Shown here one piece after another: positions 1 through 12,548 of a stretch of 64,000 nt of DNA. Below the pieces are notes generated by a model. The model was given only the letters and a program-made list of their open reading frames with translations, made no database searches and was not told the DNA's origin. The stretch lies in assembly GCF_004010195.1 (NCBI RefSeq), contig NC_057747.1, positions 12,483,673 through 12,547,672 on the forward strand, in the 5' to 3' direction. The stretch comes from Chiloscyllium plagiosum (lineage: Eukaryota). How positions within the stretch are numbered: the stretch's first letter is position 1; each line of letters starts with the position of its first letter. A program made the translations under genes and the position numbers.

Positions 1-443
1 AATGAACTCCTCTCTATAACCACGGTAAAATCAAAAGCTAAGCCCTCTACCATTGGTCAGTAGCTGAAGCTGGCCCCAACCTCTAGGGTTTCAGCAAGTT
101 TGAGGCAATAAAGTGGGATCAGACCGGGGAAATGTAAAACTCACAGCATCCATAATAAATTTTTGTACGAATGACATTGATGAATCGTCTGCTTGAATGA
201 TCTGTGTCCCTAAACTGTTAACATCATCTTATGGTGCAAATCATTTATGTAATTGTTTCTGGAACAGACTTATATAGTTGCAAGAGGATAAGACATGTCC
301 CATTCACATTCCCGCCTCAGACGACTGACTGTGTGAAGTTTGCACATAAAACAAGAATATATTTTATCAATGGAACAACTTAATCTTCCTCACTTCTAAC
401 TAAAATGGATCATTTTAATGATAAAACACTGTGCAATAAGTCT

Positions 444-449
444 TTTATT
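444..449 (-). terminator. Candidate distal polyadenylation signal for SPRN
   Basis: - strand AATAAA followed about 15 nt later by CA and a GT/T-rich tract (gcacagtgttttat), at the end of AT-rich unique sequence. Other hexamers lie nearer the stop, so the site actually used is unknown. Confidence 0.3.
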
Positions 450-1333
450 GTAAGGAAATATTTTTTCATACAGTGAAGGGATCACCAAACGGAAACCATT
501 ACAACTTATTAACAATACAGAATATTGGGGCACATAATGTTGATGTAAGTTACACAGTTTTAGTCTATCCAAGAAAAGTTTCAAATATTTTGTCACATCA
601 TAAAATGTAACATTACAATTTACCAAGTATATAAATTCACCAAACAACGCATTCTCTGTAACAGTACACCACAAAGCAGCTTAGAGAGTAGTTATCATTT
701 TGAGCACTTCCTTTGGACTGCATATAAAATGGAAACCTGTTCTTCCCATAACATTACCTTATAAAATATTATTGGCAGTATTATTGTAACTAAATTACTT
801 GTTACTATATAAAATGTTTGAAACATCATTTCCACTTTTAAAATATCAAAGGAACTTCAAATAGGCTACAAAACTATTCATAGCACAAAAGCAAAACACT
901 GAATGTTGTAAAATTTTAGGTAACATAAAAATGCTGGAAAAATTCAGCAGATCTGGCTGCATCAGTGGTGAGAAACCATGGTAGTGTTTCAGACCAATGA
1001 CCTTTCATTAGAACTGAAGAAAAGTAGAAATGGAAGATCTATGATCTTCATCCCTCCAGCGTCCCCATCACCACTTAAAAGACTTACATTTAGGAAAAAT
1101 AGTAGGCCATTCAGCCCATCAAACCTGTTCCACTATTAAAAATTATCATTGCTTTTACCCACACTAACTCCAAAATCCACGCTATTGGTAATTAGAAATC
1201 TTATCGACCCTTACTTTAAGCATGCTGGAAGACTGAGCTTCTCCAGTCTTCTTGGGTAAAGAATTCCAAAGATTCATAACTCTGTGCAAAAGAAATTCTC
1301 CTCATCTCAGTCCTAAATGGCATACATTTTATT

Positions 1334-1414
1334 AGTGAGTTTTGAGAAGATTTGTAGCTCAAGTTGAGATTCTGGATGTAGGTTTGCTCAATGAACTTTC
1401 AACTCAGCAATAAA
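1334..1414. mobile_element. Short PLE-terminus fragment, family D
   Basis: Same sequence family as 48123-48337; flanked by a 12-bp direct repeat atacattttatt (1322-1333, 1415-1426). Confidence 0.6.
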
Positions 1415-1778
1415 ATACATTTTATTTTTAAATTGTGCTCCTTGCTTCTGTTTCTCCTTAGTTCTGATTAAACAGCATCAAACTAAAACATTAATCTCTC
1501 TCTCTCTCTGTCTCTTAAAGTTACTTTGACCTGCTGAGTTTTTCCGGCTTTAATATCTATCTACAAATTGGTTTGACAGTAAAGACCCGCAACTCTCCAT
1601 TATATGCAGAGGTTAAGTCACTGCTTTTCCCCATCAGGGTTTTATTATATCTAAACCTTGCACCTTCTATTGAGAGAAAGAAGGTTTAAAATTTAAAGGA
1701 AAAAGTAGTTTGGCAATCAAAATACTTTATGTAATTCTATTTGAAAATTTTCAAAATTGATTGACAGATTTCTGTTGG

Positions 1779-1994
1779 AGGAGAAAGTGAGGTCTGCAGA
1801 TGCTGGAGATCAAAGTTGAAACTTTATTGCTGGAACAGCACAGCAGGTCAGGCAGCATCCAGGGAACAGGAGATTCGACGTTTCGGGCACAGGCCCTTCT
1901 TCAGGCCCTTCCTGAAGAAGGGCCTGTGCCCGAAACGTCGAATCTCCTGTTCCCTGGATGCTGCCTGACCTGCTGTGCTGTTCCAGCAATAAAG
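1779..1994. mobile_element. Fold-back PLE-terminus element, family A
   Basis: Perfect 84-bp inverted arms 1822-1905 / 1911-1994; 13-bp direct repeat agatttctgttgg at 1766-1778 and 1993-2005. Confidence 0.85.
1909..1943 (+). ncRNA. Minimal hammerhead ribozyme motif (mirror copy on - strand at 1873-1905)
   Basis: TTC-CTGAAGA-A-GGGC(CTGT)GCCC-GAAACGTC-GAA: core boxes, 4-bp stem II, short stem I and a GUC cleavage triplet. Confidence 0.65.
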
Positions 1995-4672
1995 ATTTCT
2001 GTTGGGTAAGGGCTTATTGTTGAAGCAAATTTACATTTAGTCCATCCTGTAGAATAAATGTCCTATATTTTTATATAGATTGTCATGGGTATTTTTAAAA
2101 TACACTGTCAGGTTTTGGGTATTTCTGCTCAGGCCAGCATTTATTGCCTATCTTTCATCGTCCTTGAGAAGGTGGTTATGGGCTGCCATCTTGAATCACT
2201 TTAGTGTGATTGGGGCCGGAGGTCCAGGTTATTTTTCTCACAGTGACAGTGAAGGAACAGCGATATATCTTCAAGTCGGGCTGGTGAGTGGCTTGCAGGA
2301 GAACTTGCAGGTGGTGGTGTTCCCTTGTATCTGCTGCCCCTATCTTTCTAAAAGTAACAATAATGCAGTGATCCCACTGTCAAGGAAAGGCTGCCAGCAT
2401 TCTCAAAGATCCATCCCACCCTGGCAATGTTTTTCTACAACCTCTACCATCGGGGAGAAGGTACAGAAGCCTGAACACACGCATCAGCCGGTTTCGTAAC
2501 AGTTTTTACCCTACTGTTGTTAGAATACTGAATGGACTCACAAACTCTTAACATTCGCCTATACCTGTGTTTTTGTTTTTGCCACTGTTACATATATTTA
2601 CTATCTATGCTACTTTGTGATCTGTCTGTATTGCTCGCAAGACAAAGCTTTTCACTTGCCTCAGTACACGTGACAATAAATTCAATTCAATTCACCAACA
2701 CCAGCTACACTGACTTAGATGGTTTTCTTAAATGAAAAATACTGTGAGATATTGTTCTAAAATCGATCAGGATGCATTTATGTTTAATCAGTTAATGTCA
2801 GGGGTGAAAGCCCTGGTCACCCTAAGACTGCACACATAAAGGGAAAGGGTAGTATTTTGAAGAATGAAAATCTGTTGCTATCAACTGAATCAAGATAATG
2901 TTTAAGAATTTTGTAGATTTTCCTTTTGTGATACAGAGCAGAAGAAGTGTTCAAAATTGTCTGGAGTCTGAGGAAAAGGGGAAAAATTCTTTCAACCATC
3001 AGGATAGTCAATAATAAAAAGCCCCAGATTTAAGGTAGATGGCGAATACAGCAGAGGGGTTATGAGGAATGTTTTAACATAGTGAGTTATGATCTCCAGT
3101 GCACTTCCTGAGGGGGTCATAGAAACAGATTCAATGATAACTTTCAAAAGGAAACTGGATAAAGACATGGAAAGAAAGATTTGCAGTGTTTTGGAAAAAG
3201 AACAGGGGAGTGGTATTAATTGGGTAGTGCTTTCAAAGAACCAGTATAGCTCAGTGGGCCAAGTAGCCTCCTGTGTTATGGGATTCTATGCTATCATCCG
3301 AGTGCACTATTGCTTCAGCTCCTGATGCTTAAACAGATTTTCCTCATATGCACACACTTTCTCACTGAATCAACCTGATTTTGTTTGTTCCATAGCCCAG
3401 GGACACCTGTGGAGTCCATATATTGAAATATTAGCTTCAAACACAAATTTCACTGCTTTGACTGAATGTTCTTGTTGCCTGTTCAGGTTAAAGTCATGAG
3501 CTGTCAGAACATTTGTAATTTTCACCTATGATAACATCTGTTTGAAAACACTAAGTGTAATATTAAATCACTTAGTTGGACAACTCGTTACGTTGAACAC
3601 TACAGCACACAGATAGGTTGTTCTGTCCAAGCAATGTAGCCAATGCTCCACTTAAACCTACACTCGTTCGATTTACTTCACCTCAGGACATGCCAATACA
3701 TCCATCTATTCCTTTCTCTCTCTGGTCCTTAGCTAACTTCCTGTGAACTACAAGTCAAGCTTTATGCGGTACTGAGTTCTGCATTCTCACAACTCTTGAT
3801 AAAAAATAATTCTCCAGAAATCCCTTAATACTAAGTCTTATATTTATGGCCTTTAGTTTTGGACTCTCTCAGATATGGAAATATCTCTGTTGTATCTCAT
3901 AAATACTAGTTGGACTCCAGCTTCTACTAACACAATGACAGATCCAATTGGCATCAAATGTTCCAAGTACCAATAAGGCAGTTATACTCCACATTCTGCA
4001 TGAGGAGAGTTTTAATATTGCTCCAATGAAAGAAATACATTACCACAATTTCCCTTTATCAATATTTTTTAAAAATGGAGCAATTCAAATTCTGTAGCGA
4101 AGTACATCTGGAAGTGGTCAGTATGTACAGTCTTGGCTTCTTACCAGATACAATCTAACATCCATCAGAATCCTGCCAAATTTATAAAAATAACTTTTCA
4201 TATGGTCTGCTGAACTGTCTGTAACATCAAACTTTAAGAGAATTAGCCACATTTATGCAATGTTGCCTTGTGTTCACGATGGCATATTTGCAAAGGCTAG
4301 CAGATAGGAAACCCAGAAGGGACTGGTGGATCATTTAGCTTTCTCAGAGCATTGAAAACGTGGAGGTTGATGGAAACAGCACTTATTTTTAAAGATAACT
4401 TTGTAACAATTCCATATATTAATCAGTTCCTACCACAACATAGCCGTAATTTGCAAACTGACATTACCGCAGCAAAAAAAAAACCATAAATACACTGCAG
4501 TTTGATTCTTATCTGAAACTGTTATAACTCATAATCTACTATGCTGTCTAAATCTATTCAACGCCATAAATGAGTGATGTGTCTATGAACAATACTAAAG
4601 CACCGATGAACTTCCTAAAGAGACCGATGATTGTAGCTGTGGTAGAGCCACTGAGCACCGCTCTCTGGGGTC

Positions 4673-5128
4673 TTAAGGTTGGACATATTTGAAGGTCAGC
4701 ACGGAACAGATGGATGATAAGCTGTAGGAAGGCCAGAAAGATGAGGCTGAGGACGTCCAGGCTCTATAGCTGTAAACTCCTCCGTCGGATGTGCAGTTTT
4801 TGACTGGGACGCAGCTCATGTTAACGTAGCTCTGTGCATCCTCATCCCAAATCAGCCTCGACCCCCGCAATCTGCCTGCTGCGTATCCAACTGCAAGTCC
4901 AGCTGCAGCTCCAGCCGCTGCCCCTGCTACTGCCACTCGGGCTTTGGAGCTGTAGGACCCGTAGCGACTGGGGTGACTGACCCGTACCCGGGGTACACGG
5001 AGACGCCCACGGGATGAACCCCGGGCTGACCCCCGAGCCCCTCCTCTCCCTCCCTTGCAAGTGCCATTCTCACAGAAGGTGGCTACCAGCAGAATGACCA
5101 TCCAACATACGGCTGTGGTCCTATTCAT
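4673..5128 (-). CDS. SPRN: Shadoo (shadow of prion protein), 151 aa, entire ORF in one exon
   Basis: Signal peptide (MNRTTAVCWMVILLVATFCENGTC), then KGGRGGARGSARG basic repeats, hydrophobic AVAGAAAGAAAGLA tract, N-glycosylation sequon, the conserved GVYSYRAWTS motif and a C-terminal GPI-signal-like tail. Splice acceptor (- strand ctaatcttttcag|G) opens the exon at 5147, 19 nt upstream of the ATG. Confidence 0.97.
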   Translation of the reverse strand: MNRTTAVCWMVILLVATFCENGTCKGGRGGARGSARGSSRGRLRVPRVRVSHPSRYGSYSSKARVAVAGAAAGAAAGLAVGYAAGRLRGSRLIWDEDAQSYVNMSCVPVKNCTSDGGVYSYRAWTSSASSFWPSYSLSSICSVLTFKYVQP

Positions 5129-5231
5129 GATGAAGCATTCAAGAGACCTGAAAAGATTAGCATCATTTAGATATATTAAAATCTAAAGCAGCTTCTTTTA
5201 TTAAACAAATAGCATGAAATCCAGAGTATAA

Positions 5232-5560
5232 CATGGCACAGTGGCTCAGTGGTTAGCTATGCAGCCTCACAGCACCAGGGACCCAGGTTCAATTCCACCC
5301 TCGGGCGACTGTCTGTGTGGAGTTTGCACATTCTCCCCGTGTCTGTGTGGGTTCCCACTGGGTGCTCCGGTTTCCTCCCAAAGATGTGCAGGTGAGGTGG
5401 ATTGGCCATGCTAAATTGCCCACACTGTTCAGGGATTGATAGGTTAGGTGTATTCATCAGGGATAAATGTAGGGTACGGGTCTGGGTGGATTACTTTTCG
5501 GAGGGTTGGTGTGGACTTGTTGGGCACCAAGTAGCCTGTTTCTACATTGTAGGGAATCTA
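5232..5560 (+). mobile_element. tRNA-derived SINE (HE1/V-SINE-like)
   Basis: A-box TGGCTCAGTGG and B-box GGTTCAATTCC, conserved central gtgtggagtttgcacattctccccgtgtctg, CR1-like tail. Confidence 0.85.
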
Positions 5561-6254
5561 TAAACACAGCAAAATGCTTCTCAAAGTCAATGACTGGGAA
5601 TTATTTTTTGAGCCAAGTGTAAATTTTCTGTGAACTCATTCAGACTGATGTTTTTCAGATTAGATTAGGAAATAGCTCATTTTCAATCCCTAATCTCAAC
5701 AAGAGGAATAGCAATGGACTCAAGAAGTTCTAAAATAAAACAAATAACTGCGGATGCTGGAGACCTGGAACAAAAACAGAAATTGCTGGAGAAATGCAGC
5801 AGGTCCAGTGGCTCTGAAGAGTGATAGAATCTCTACAGCGTGGAAGCAGGCCATTCGGCCCATCAAGTCCACACTGACCCTCCGAAGAGCATCCCACCCA
5901 GGCCCAACCCCCCCCCCCCCCCACCCTCCATCCTTTCCCTGTAACCCAGAGGGGAGGCATGGAGCAGAACTGCTGAGGTGTGGAAAGGAGCAGGATGGAT
6001 GTTGGACTGGAGATCAGTACGGTTGGTCAGTGGCTTGCAAGCCTTGTCAGACCACGTGTGGAAGCCCCCTGTACTGACCTACTGCAATGTAATGTTTATC
6101 TAGTAATCTGTCTGTCTAGCTGACTGTAATGTTTATCCTTTTAACTTTTTTCTTATTTTCTAGCTTATAGTTAATGAATCCCTGTAAGGTAATGTGACAT
6201 TTTTTTCTTTGTTTTGTACCTACAAGGACTTGAGTACACATGACAATAAACCAT

Positions 6255-6515
6255 TTGTAATTTGAGCCCTGCATTCCCCATGGCTAAACTACCTAGCCCG
6301 CACCTCCTGGTCACTATGGGCAATTTTGTGTGAACAATCCACCTAACCTGCATATCTTTGGACTGTGGGAGGAAATCAGAGCAACTGGAGGAAATCCACA
6401 CAGACCCTGGGACAATGCGCAAACTCCACATAAACAGTCGCCTGAGGCTAGAATAAAACCCAGGTTCCTGGCGCTGCGAGGCAGCAGTGCTAATCACTGA
6501 GCCACCGTCTCACCC
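6255..6515 (-). mobile_element. HE1/V-SINE-like SINE
   Basis: Reverse complement of the same SINE family. Confidence 0.8.
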
Positions 6516-7108
6516 ATTTTATAGAATTACTGACTCACTGGATTCAAAACATTAACTCTAGCTTCTCCTCACAGATGCTGGTGAGTTTCACCATCAATTT
6601 CTGTTTCTGCTTCAGAATTTCCAATCCACGTTTGCAGCGTGAGTCAAAAATGAGAAAACCTACCTTTCAAAGTCACTTCTATAAATCCAGTAACAAACTT
6701 TCAGATGTTATTTTCTCCACATTTCTTGCTGTGTTGTTTCATCGTATTGTACTTTGTTTTGACTTCATTATCCCTCATACTTGCAACATTGACCTTGTAA
6801 TTCCACATTGAAATCAACCCAGTGGTTTAACTTAGTTCCTGCAATATTTGGTGTAGGAGGACATGGCAGAAAGTCAGTGAGCTAAAGCCAACAGATTGTG
6901 GACACAGGGATTGTGTCACTACCAACAACTGAGTGAACTTGCTTGGGGGTCAACTAAAGAAGTCAGAGACCAAAGGGCTTTTATTGCGCCTGGGAGAGAA
7001 ATTGCCGATATGTCCCTGATAGCAACTTTGGATAAAACAAGCCCACATTTTTTTACAGGGCTTTTATTAGCAATGGTTCCCTCTCCAATAAGCTGCTGTG
7101 TATTAAGT

Positions 7109-7325
7109 CATGAGGTGGTGGTGCTGGTGTTGGACAAGGGTAGACAAGGTCAGAAATCACACGACAGCAAGTTATAGTCCATCAGGTATATTTGAAATCA
7201 CAAGCTTTCACAAGCGCTGCTCCTTCATCAGTTGACTTCACCTGACGAAGGAGCAGTGCTCTGAAAAGTTGTGATTTCACATAAACCTGTTGGACTGTAA
7301 CCTGGTGTCCTGTAACTTCTGACTA
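7109..7325. mobile_element. Fold-back PLE-terminus element, family B (diverged)
   Basis: Inverted arms centred near 7233; 10-bp direct repeat tgtattaagt at 7099-7108 and 7326-7335. Confidence 0.75.
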
Positions 7326-10160
7326 TGTATTAAGTACCACAATATATACCTGGTCTGGTACACGTTCAGAAACAATAGCAATGAGATGCAGGCAAGAGAA
7401 GCAGTTAAATCATGAATTATTTTGGTTCAATTATTTTCTATACTTACTCATACCATCAAGTGTAGAGATTTTTTTAAAATTTGTTTTAATCACATTGACA
7501 TTCCTTTGTATAACCATTGTGCCATCACCTGGGCCTAATCTACACTCAATGGAAATTTCTCGCACCCTTCTCACTGTCCCTGCAACACAAAGTGAAAATG
7601 GTTAAAGACAGGCCAAAAATAAAATCGTACACTCATGACATTAACAGAATATTGCACTTTGAAACATTTGACATAACTAGAATTTATTGTATGAGGCAAA
7701 CGAATATAAAGGACGTACATGATGAAAACATTGTCGATTTCTTTCATATGCAGATGTATATTTCCACCATTGGACCTCCTGGCTAAAGAGTATTTCTAGG
7801 CACAACATTTGTGTTTCACAATGTCACAAAATATGATGGTTAGGTAATAGAGATGGAACTGAAGAACAATGAGTAACTCAGTGGACTACATAGACTGCAG
7901 ACTGAGCATTTAGATCGCTACTCAAATCTGTTATACGTGTTCCAAATACTGAATTAAATAGCTTCTCTCAAGTGAGAGTCCAGTTCGAAAAGGGGGAATT
8001 TTTGTTTCAGTTAAAGGTGAAATATTAGATTTAGTTTAAGTGCCCCTATTTTTGTAAGGGAGATAAAGATCTGTTATTGGAATGAGAGGTTACAAATGAT
8101 AAATTGTGGCTTTATTCACTAGAAAAGATTTTGAAGAGTGAATAGTGAAAGGTAGATTCTACAATAGGTACTTCCAAATCATGAGAACATGAACTCAGGA
8201 TTACCCACTAGAAGACGGGAAAGGAAATCTAGTGGGATTATTTCATAATGATTCAAAAATTAAATAGCTTTTGATAAACAACGAATGAAACAGAAACTGA
8301 AATGAATGAGACTCAATACTGAAAGCATATTTAGTTTTTATTATTCATTCAGGGGATGTGGATGTTGGGCAAAGTTTTTGAATGGTGGTGATCGGTCTCT
8401 TGAACTGTTGCAGTCCATATGCTGTAGGTGCACCCACAACGGTATGAGAGAGAGAGAGTTCCAGGATATTGACCCAGTGACAGTGAAGAAATGGTGATAT
8501 ATTTCCAATTCAAGGTGGTGAATGACTTGGAGGGGAACTTGCAAGTGGTGATGGTTTCATGCTTATGCTGACCTTAACCTTCTGCATGGAATTGGTCATG
8601 TGTTTGGAAGGTGCTGATTAAGGAACTTTGGTGAATTTCTGCGGTGCATCTTGACGATGGTAAAAACTGCTGTCACTGTGCGTCAGTGATGGGGGGGGGG
8701 TGAATGTTTACGGATTTGGTGTCAATCAAGCGGGCTGCTTTTTCCTGGATGATGTTGAGCTTTCTGAGTACTGCTGGAGCTGCACTCATCCACATGAGTG
8801 AGGAATATCACATCACACTAGTAACTTGTGCCTTGTAGGTGATACACGGGCTTTGGAGAGCCAGGAAGTGAATTACTAGCTACAGGATTCCTGGTCTCTG
8901 TCCTGCTCTTGGAGACACAACATTTATATAGTCAGTCCAGTTCAGTTAGTGGTAAGCCTCAGGATGTTGATATGTCTGACAGTCCTGGTCAAGGTATCTA
9001 TCTACAAGCCCAGACAGTAACACTCATCTTGAAACAATAAAAATACTACAGGGAATTTCAAATTGATGTAGTTAATATAGGAAGCAGAGGAAGAAAGGAG
9101 AAGAATTTAGGTCAGAAATTATCCACAAAGCATGTAAGTAACTATAGTGGCAAATGGTGGATTTATCACCAGATCGACACAATGAGATGCAATTGGGTCA
9201 TGAATGTTTTTACTTGAAGAATGATCACATACTTAGAAGTACAGTTTTCATTGGCCATAACATACCACTGTGACTAGTTGGTTCATGGTTTGGAGATTTT
9301 ACAGTTTCAGAAATAACAATTTATAATTTCAGTTGATCAACTCAGTTGTGCAAATGATTCACATCAGAATCAGTCCTTATGCGTTACACTATGGACAGTT
9401 TTAATCGACCCATTCAGAGGTGTTATGCTATCTCTCTGGAGCAGGTGGGATTCAAACCTGGGTCTTGTGATCCAGAGATGGAGACACCGACACTATGCTA
9501 CAAGAGGCCTCCTCACAACATTATTGTCCATTTAGACTGATCAACATTTAATAATATAGCATTGTTGTGCCACCCCTAATCGGTACAGTTCTCCTTTACG
9601 CCCTGCTTATTAATTCCATAAATCATTAAATCGTGTTATTTAATTTCTTGAGAATTTAACGGAACCATGCCTCAGGTTTCTATACCTGGGTCATCTGTTA
9701 CTGCAGTTGAGTACATCCACAAAGTTACAAAAAGACAGATAAAACAATCACTGTTCCTGTAGAACTCCCAAACACAATGAACATACTAATCATTTCAATA
9801 CATTCAATATGTCACATAAGGCACATTATGTTTGCATTTCCTGTGCAATGTTACCATTTTTAATGGAAATTACCTATCTGATCTCATCACACTGTAATTA
9901 CATATTTGCATGAGTAGATTGGTAGTATAGCCCCATTGGCAGGTACTATTATCACAATTACCTGGTCCAATTAGCCTCACTCGCTAATCACCAGCAGCCT
10001 TGCCTCATCCTGAGCAGCACATGCACACCATTCAGGAAGCAGATAAGAAGTTTGATATGTTCCTCACAAAGTTACTTTACAGCATTATAGTCTGATCCTG
10101 TGACATGTCTCAATGCATTCGTTCAATTAACTGTAAAAATTGACAAGTGTTGATCTATCT

Positions 10161-10361
10161 CATGATTTGGAGGTGCCGGTGTTGGACTGGGGTGTACAAA
10201 GTTAAAAATCACACAACACCAGGTTATAGTCCAACAGGTTTATTTGGAAGCACTAGCTTTCGGAGCACTGCTCCTTCATAAGGTGATTGTGAAGCTCCAA
10301 AAGCTTGTGCTTCCAAATAAATCTGTTGGACTATAACCTGGTGTTGTGATTTTTAACTTTG
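10161..10361. mobile_element. Fold-back PLE-terminus element, family B
   Basis: gatttggaggtgccggtgttggactggggtgtacaaagttaaaaatcacacaacaccaggttatagtcc... followed by its inverted copy. Confidence 0.8.
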
Positions 10362-11169
10362 ATCTCAGTTTCTTGACAGCACCTGCTGATGGTATTCTGC
10401 CTTAAATCAGGTTGTAGGCTAATTCGCACAGAATTAGCTTAAAGCCAATTGCTAAGGAAGAATTGCTGAGCTGGTTTCCCACTGCCTTATTATCTTGGGA
10501 GACAAGTGAGCTGTAACCGTTGCTGAGGCGCGACAGCGACCATTTACAATGTGAGGCTTCCAACCCATTAACCCCACCGGGCCGAGATCTAAAAGGCCCC
10601 TCACTGTGGTTCTCTATAGTGGGTGCGAACACACAAACCCTGTGGGCTCAGACCTTTATCAACGCAGTTATCACTAAGTCACTGCCATAGCTACGGAAAT
10701 CCTCTGTAAAAATATATTATTGATCGGTATTGTAAAACACCGATCTTTCTTCCACTTCTATTGTGTAAATAGAATTATTTATAAAGTGTAACAATGCAAT
10801 GCTAACGCCCATATGGTTGATCCCGATTTCCTAAGGAGTGGGCTCAAATTTAAATTACCAACCTGTCATTTAGTCTAGCAAAGAATGCTGAATCCAAATT
10901 CATTATTTCATGCACCCATTGATGATGGCAGTTTTGATCTGAATCTAAAACACAGCGGTGCAGTCAATTCATCGCCCATTCTTTTCTCTTTGTGTAAATG
11001 CTTAGGGATTTTTTTTACTCGGGTTCATTATTATTGAATAAATCAAGCGTGGCATTTTTCTTTTGTCAATCGTGTCTCTTTTTGTTTTTAGAAATGCCAC
11101 TACCCCCTGTCTTTGTTGGACAATTCTCATATCTCCATTCTTAAATCAAGAGCCCAGTATATCACTCAC

Positions 11170-11327
11170 CTCTGGCAAGGTTTGTAGTCAGTGTGGCTGA
11201 TCAGCTAGACTGCAGTTAATGGCGCAGGGTAGGCACTTATCCACTCGCTGCTCTCTTTCTCAAAGCCTCTCCCCTTCTCCACACCGTCAAATCCTAATCG
11301 GATTATGATTTAAACCCAGGGACAGAC
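11170..11327 (-). other. SPRN: Putative non-coding 5'UTR exon of SPRN
   Basis: On - strand: acceptor ggttttatttcag| opening at 11327 and consensus donor AG|GTGAGT closing at 11170, in unique sequence upstream of the coding exon. Splice-site inference only. Confidence 0.45.
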
Positions 11328-11411
11328 CTGAAATAAAACCAGCGCCTGCAATGTCACTGAATTTGTAGGCGAGAGTTCAGAGCAGAGTGTAAATGCAATG
11401 AACTGACTTAC

Positions 11412-11520
11412 CACCAAAACAAAACAGGCGTGAAACAGAGAGAGAGAAAAAATCAAATCCCAAGTAGGTGGGGCTCTGTGACATGTTACATATCCCCCTG
11501 GTTACAGCTACGAGATTAAA
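11412..11520 (-). other. SPRN: Putative first non-coding exon of SPRN (5' end undefined)
   Basis: - strand donor TG|GTAAGT at 11412/11411 followed by an 84-nt candidate intron ending at the 11328 acceptor. Confidence 0.3.
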
Positions 11521-12214
11521 AAATCTCCGTCCTGATAACAAAATCTCTTCACATTTTAATCGCCACTATTGAAAGGATTGTCTGAAATACATGTGCAGGA
11601 TCTCTTGAAACGGTTTTATTCTATTTTACATTGTGAAATTCATTGATACCGTTATTTTAGCCAGTTGTTTACTCTCCTTTTTGTACATGTGAAGTAATAT
11701 TGTTCTGTTTCCAAATCCGATGTTTCTGTATTAAATATCAGTTTCCTGTGTAGGCACGGCATTTTTTTTTAAACAAAGCTTTCATGGGATGTGGGTATTG
11801 CTGGCAAGGGCAGCACGTGGTGTTGTGCAAACCTAACTGCCATTGAAGTGATGTGCTCTGTACAGTTAGTTCAGAGGGCAGTTCAGAGTGAGCCATATTG
11901 CTGTGGGTCTGGACTCTGACCAGGTCAGCATTTCCTTCCTGAAAGAACATTAGTGAACCTGATGGGGTTTTACAGCAAGCAAGAGAAAGATCACCATTTC
12001 AATTCCAAATATTTTTTCATGGGATTTGGATCCATTTCCCCAGATTAGTCTGAATGTCTGGATTACCAGGCTGATGAAATTACCATGACATCACCACCTT
12101 CCCTAGCCTTACATGATCTAATTCCTGACAAAGTTTTTGGGTGATCCTAGTTTTGAGTCCAATTCTCACCCTTGATTTGATTCTGATGGCTTCATAGAAT
12201 CATATTTCATGGAA

Positions 12215-12548
12215 TCCCTACAGTATGGAAACAGGCCATTTGGCCCAACAAGTCTACACCAACCCTCCGAAGAGTAACCCACCCAGATCCATTCCCCCTA
12301 CCCTATTACCCTACATTTACCTCTGACTAATGCACCTAACCTACACATCCTTGAACACTATGGGCAATTTAGCATGGCCAATTCACCTAACCTGCACATT
12401 TCTGGGCTGAGAGAAACTGGAGCACCCGGAGGGAACCTACACAGACAGCAGGAGAAAGTATAAACTCCACACAGTCACCCGAGGCTGGAATCAAACCCAG
12501 GTCCCTGGCGCTGTGAGGCAGCAGGGCTAACCACTGAGTCACCGTGCC
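12215..12548 (-). mobile_element. HE1/V-SINE-like SINE, near full length
   Basis: Same family as 5232-5560, reverse orientation. Confidence 0.85.

Noticed and set aside
5232-5310. tRNA-like A/B boxes here and at other SINE heads
   Set aside because: They continue into SINE body sequence present in many copies; not tRNA genes.
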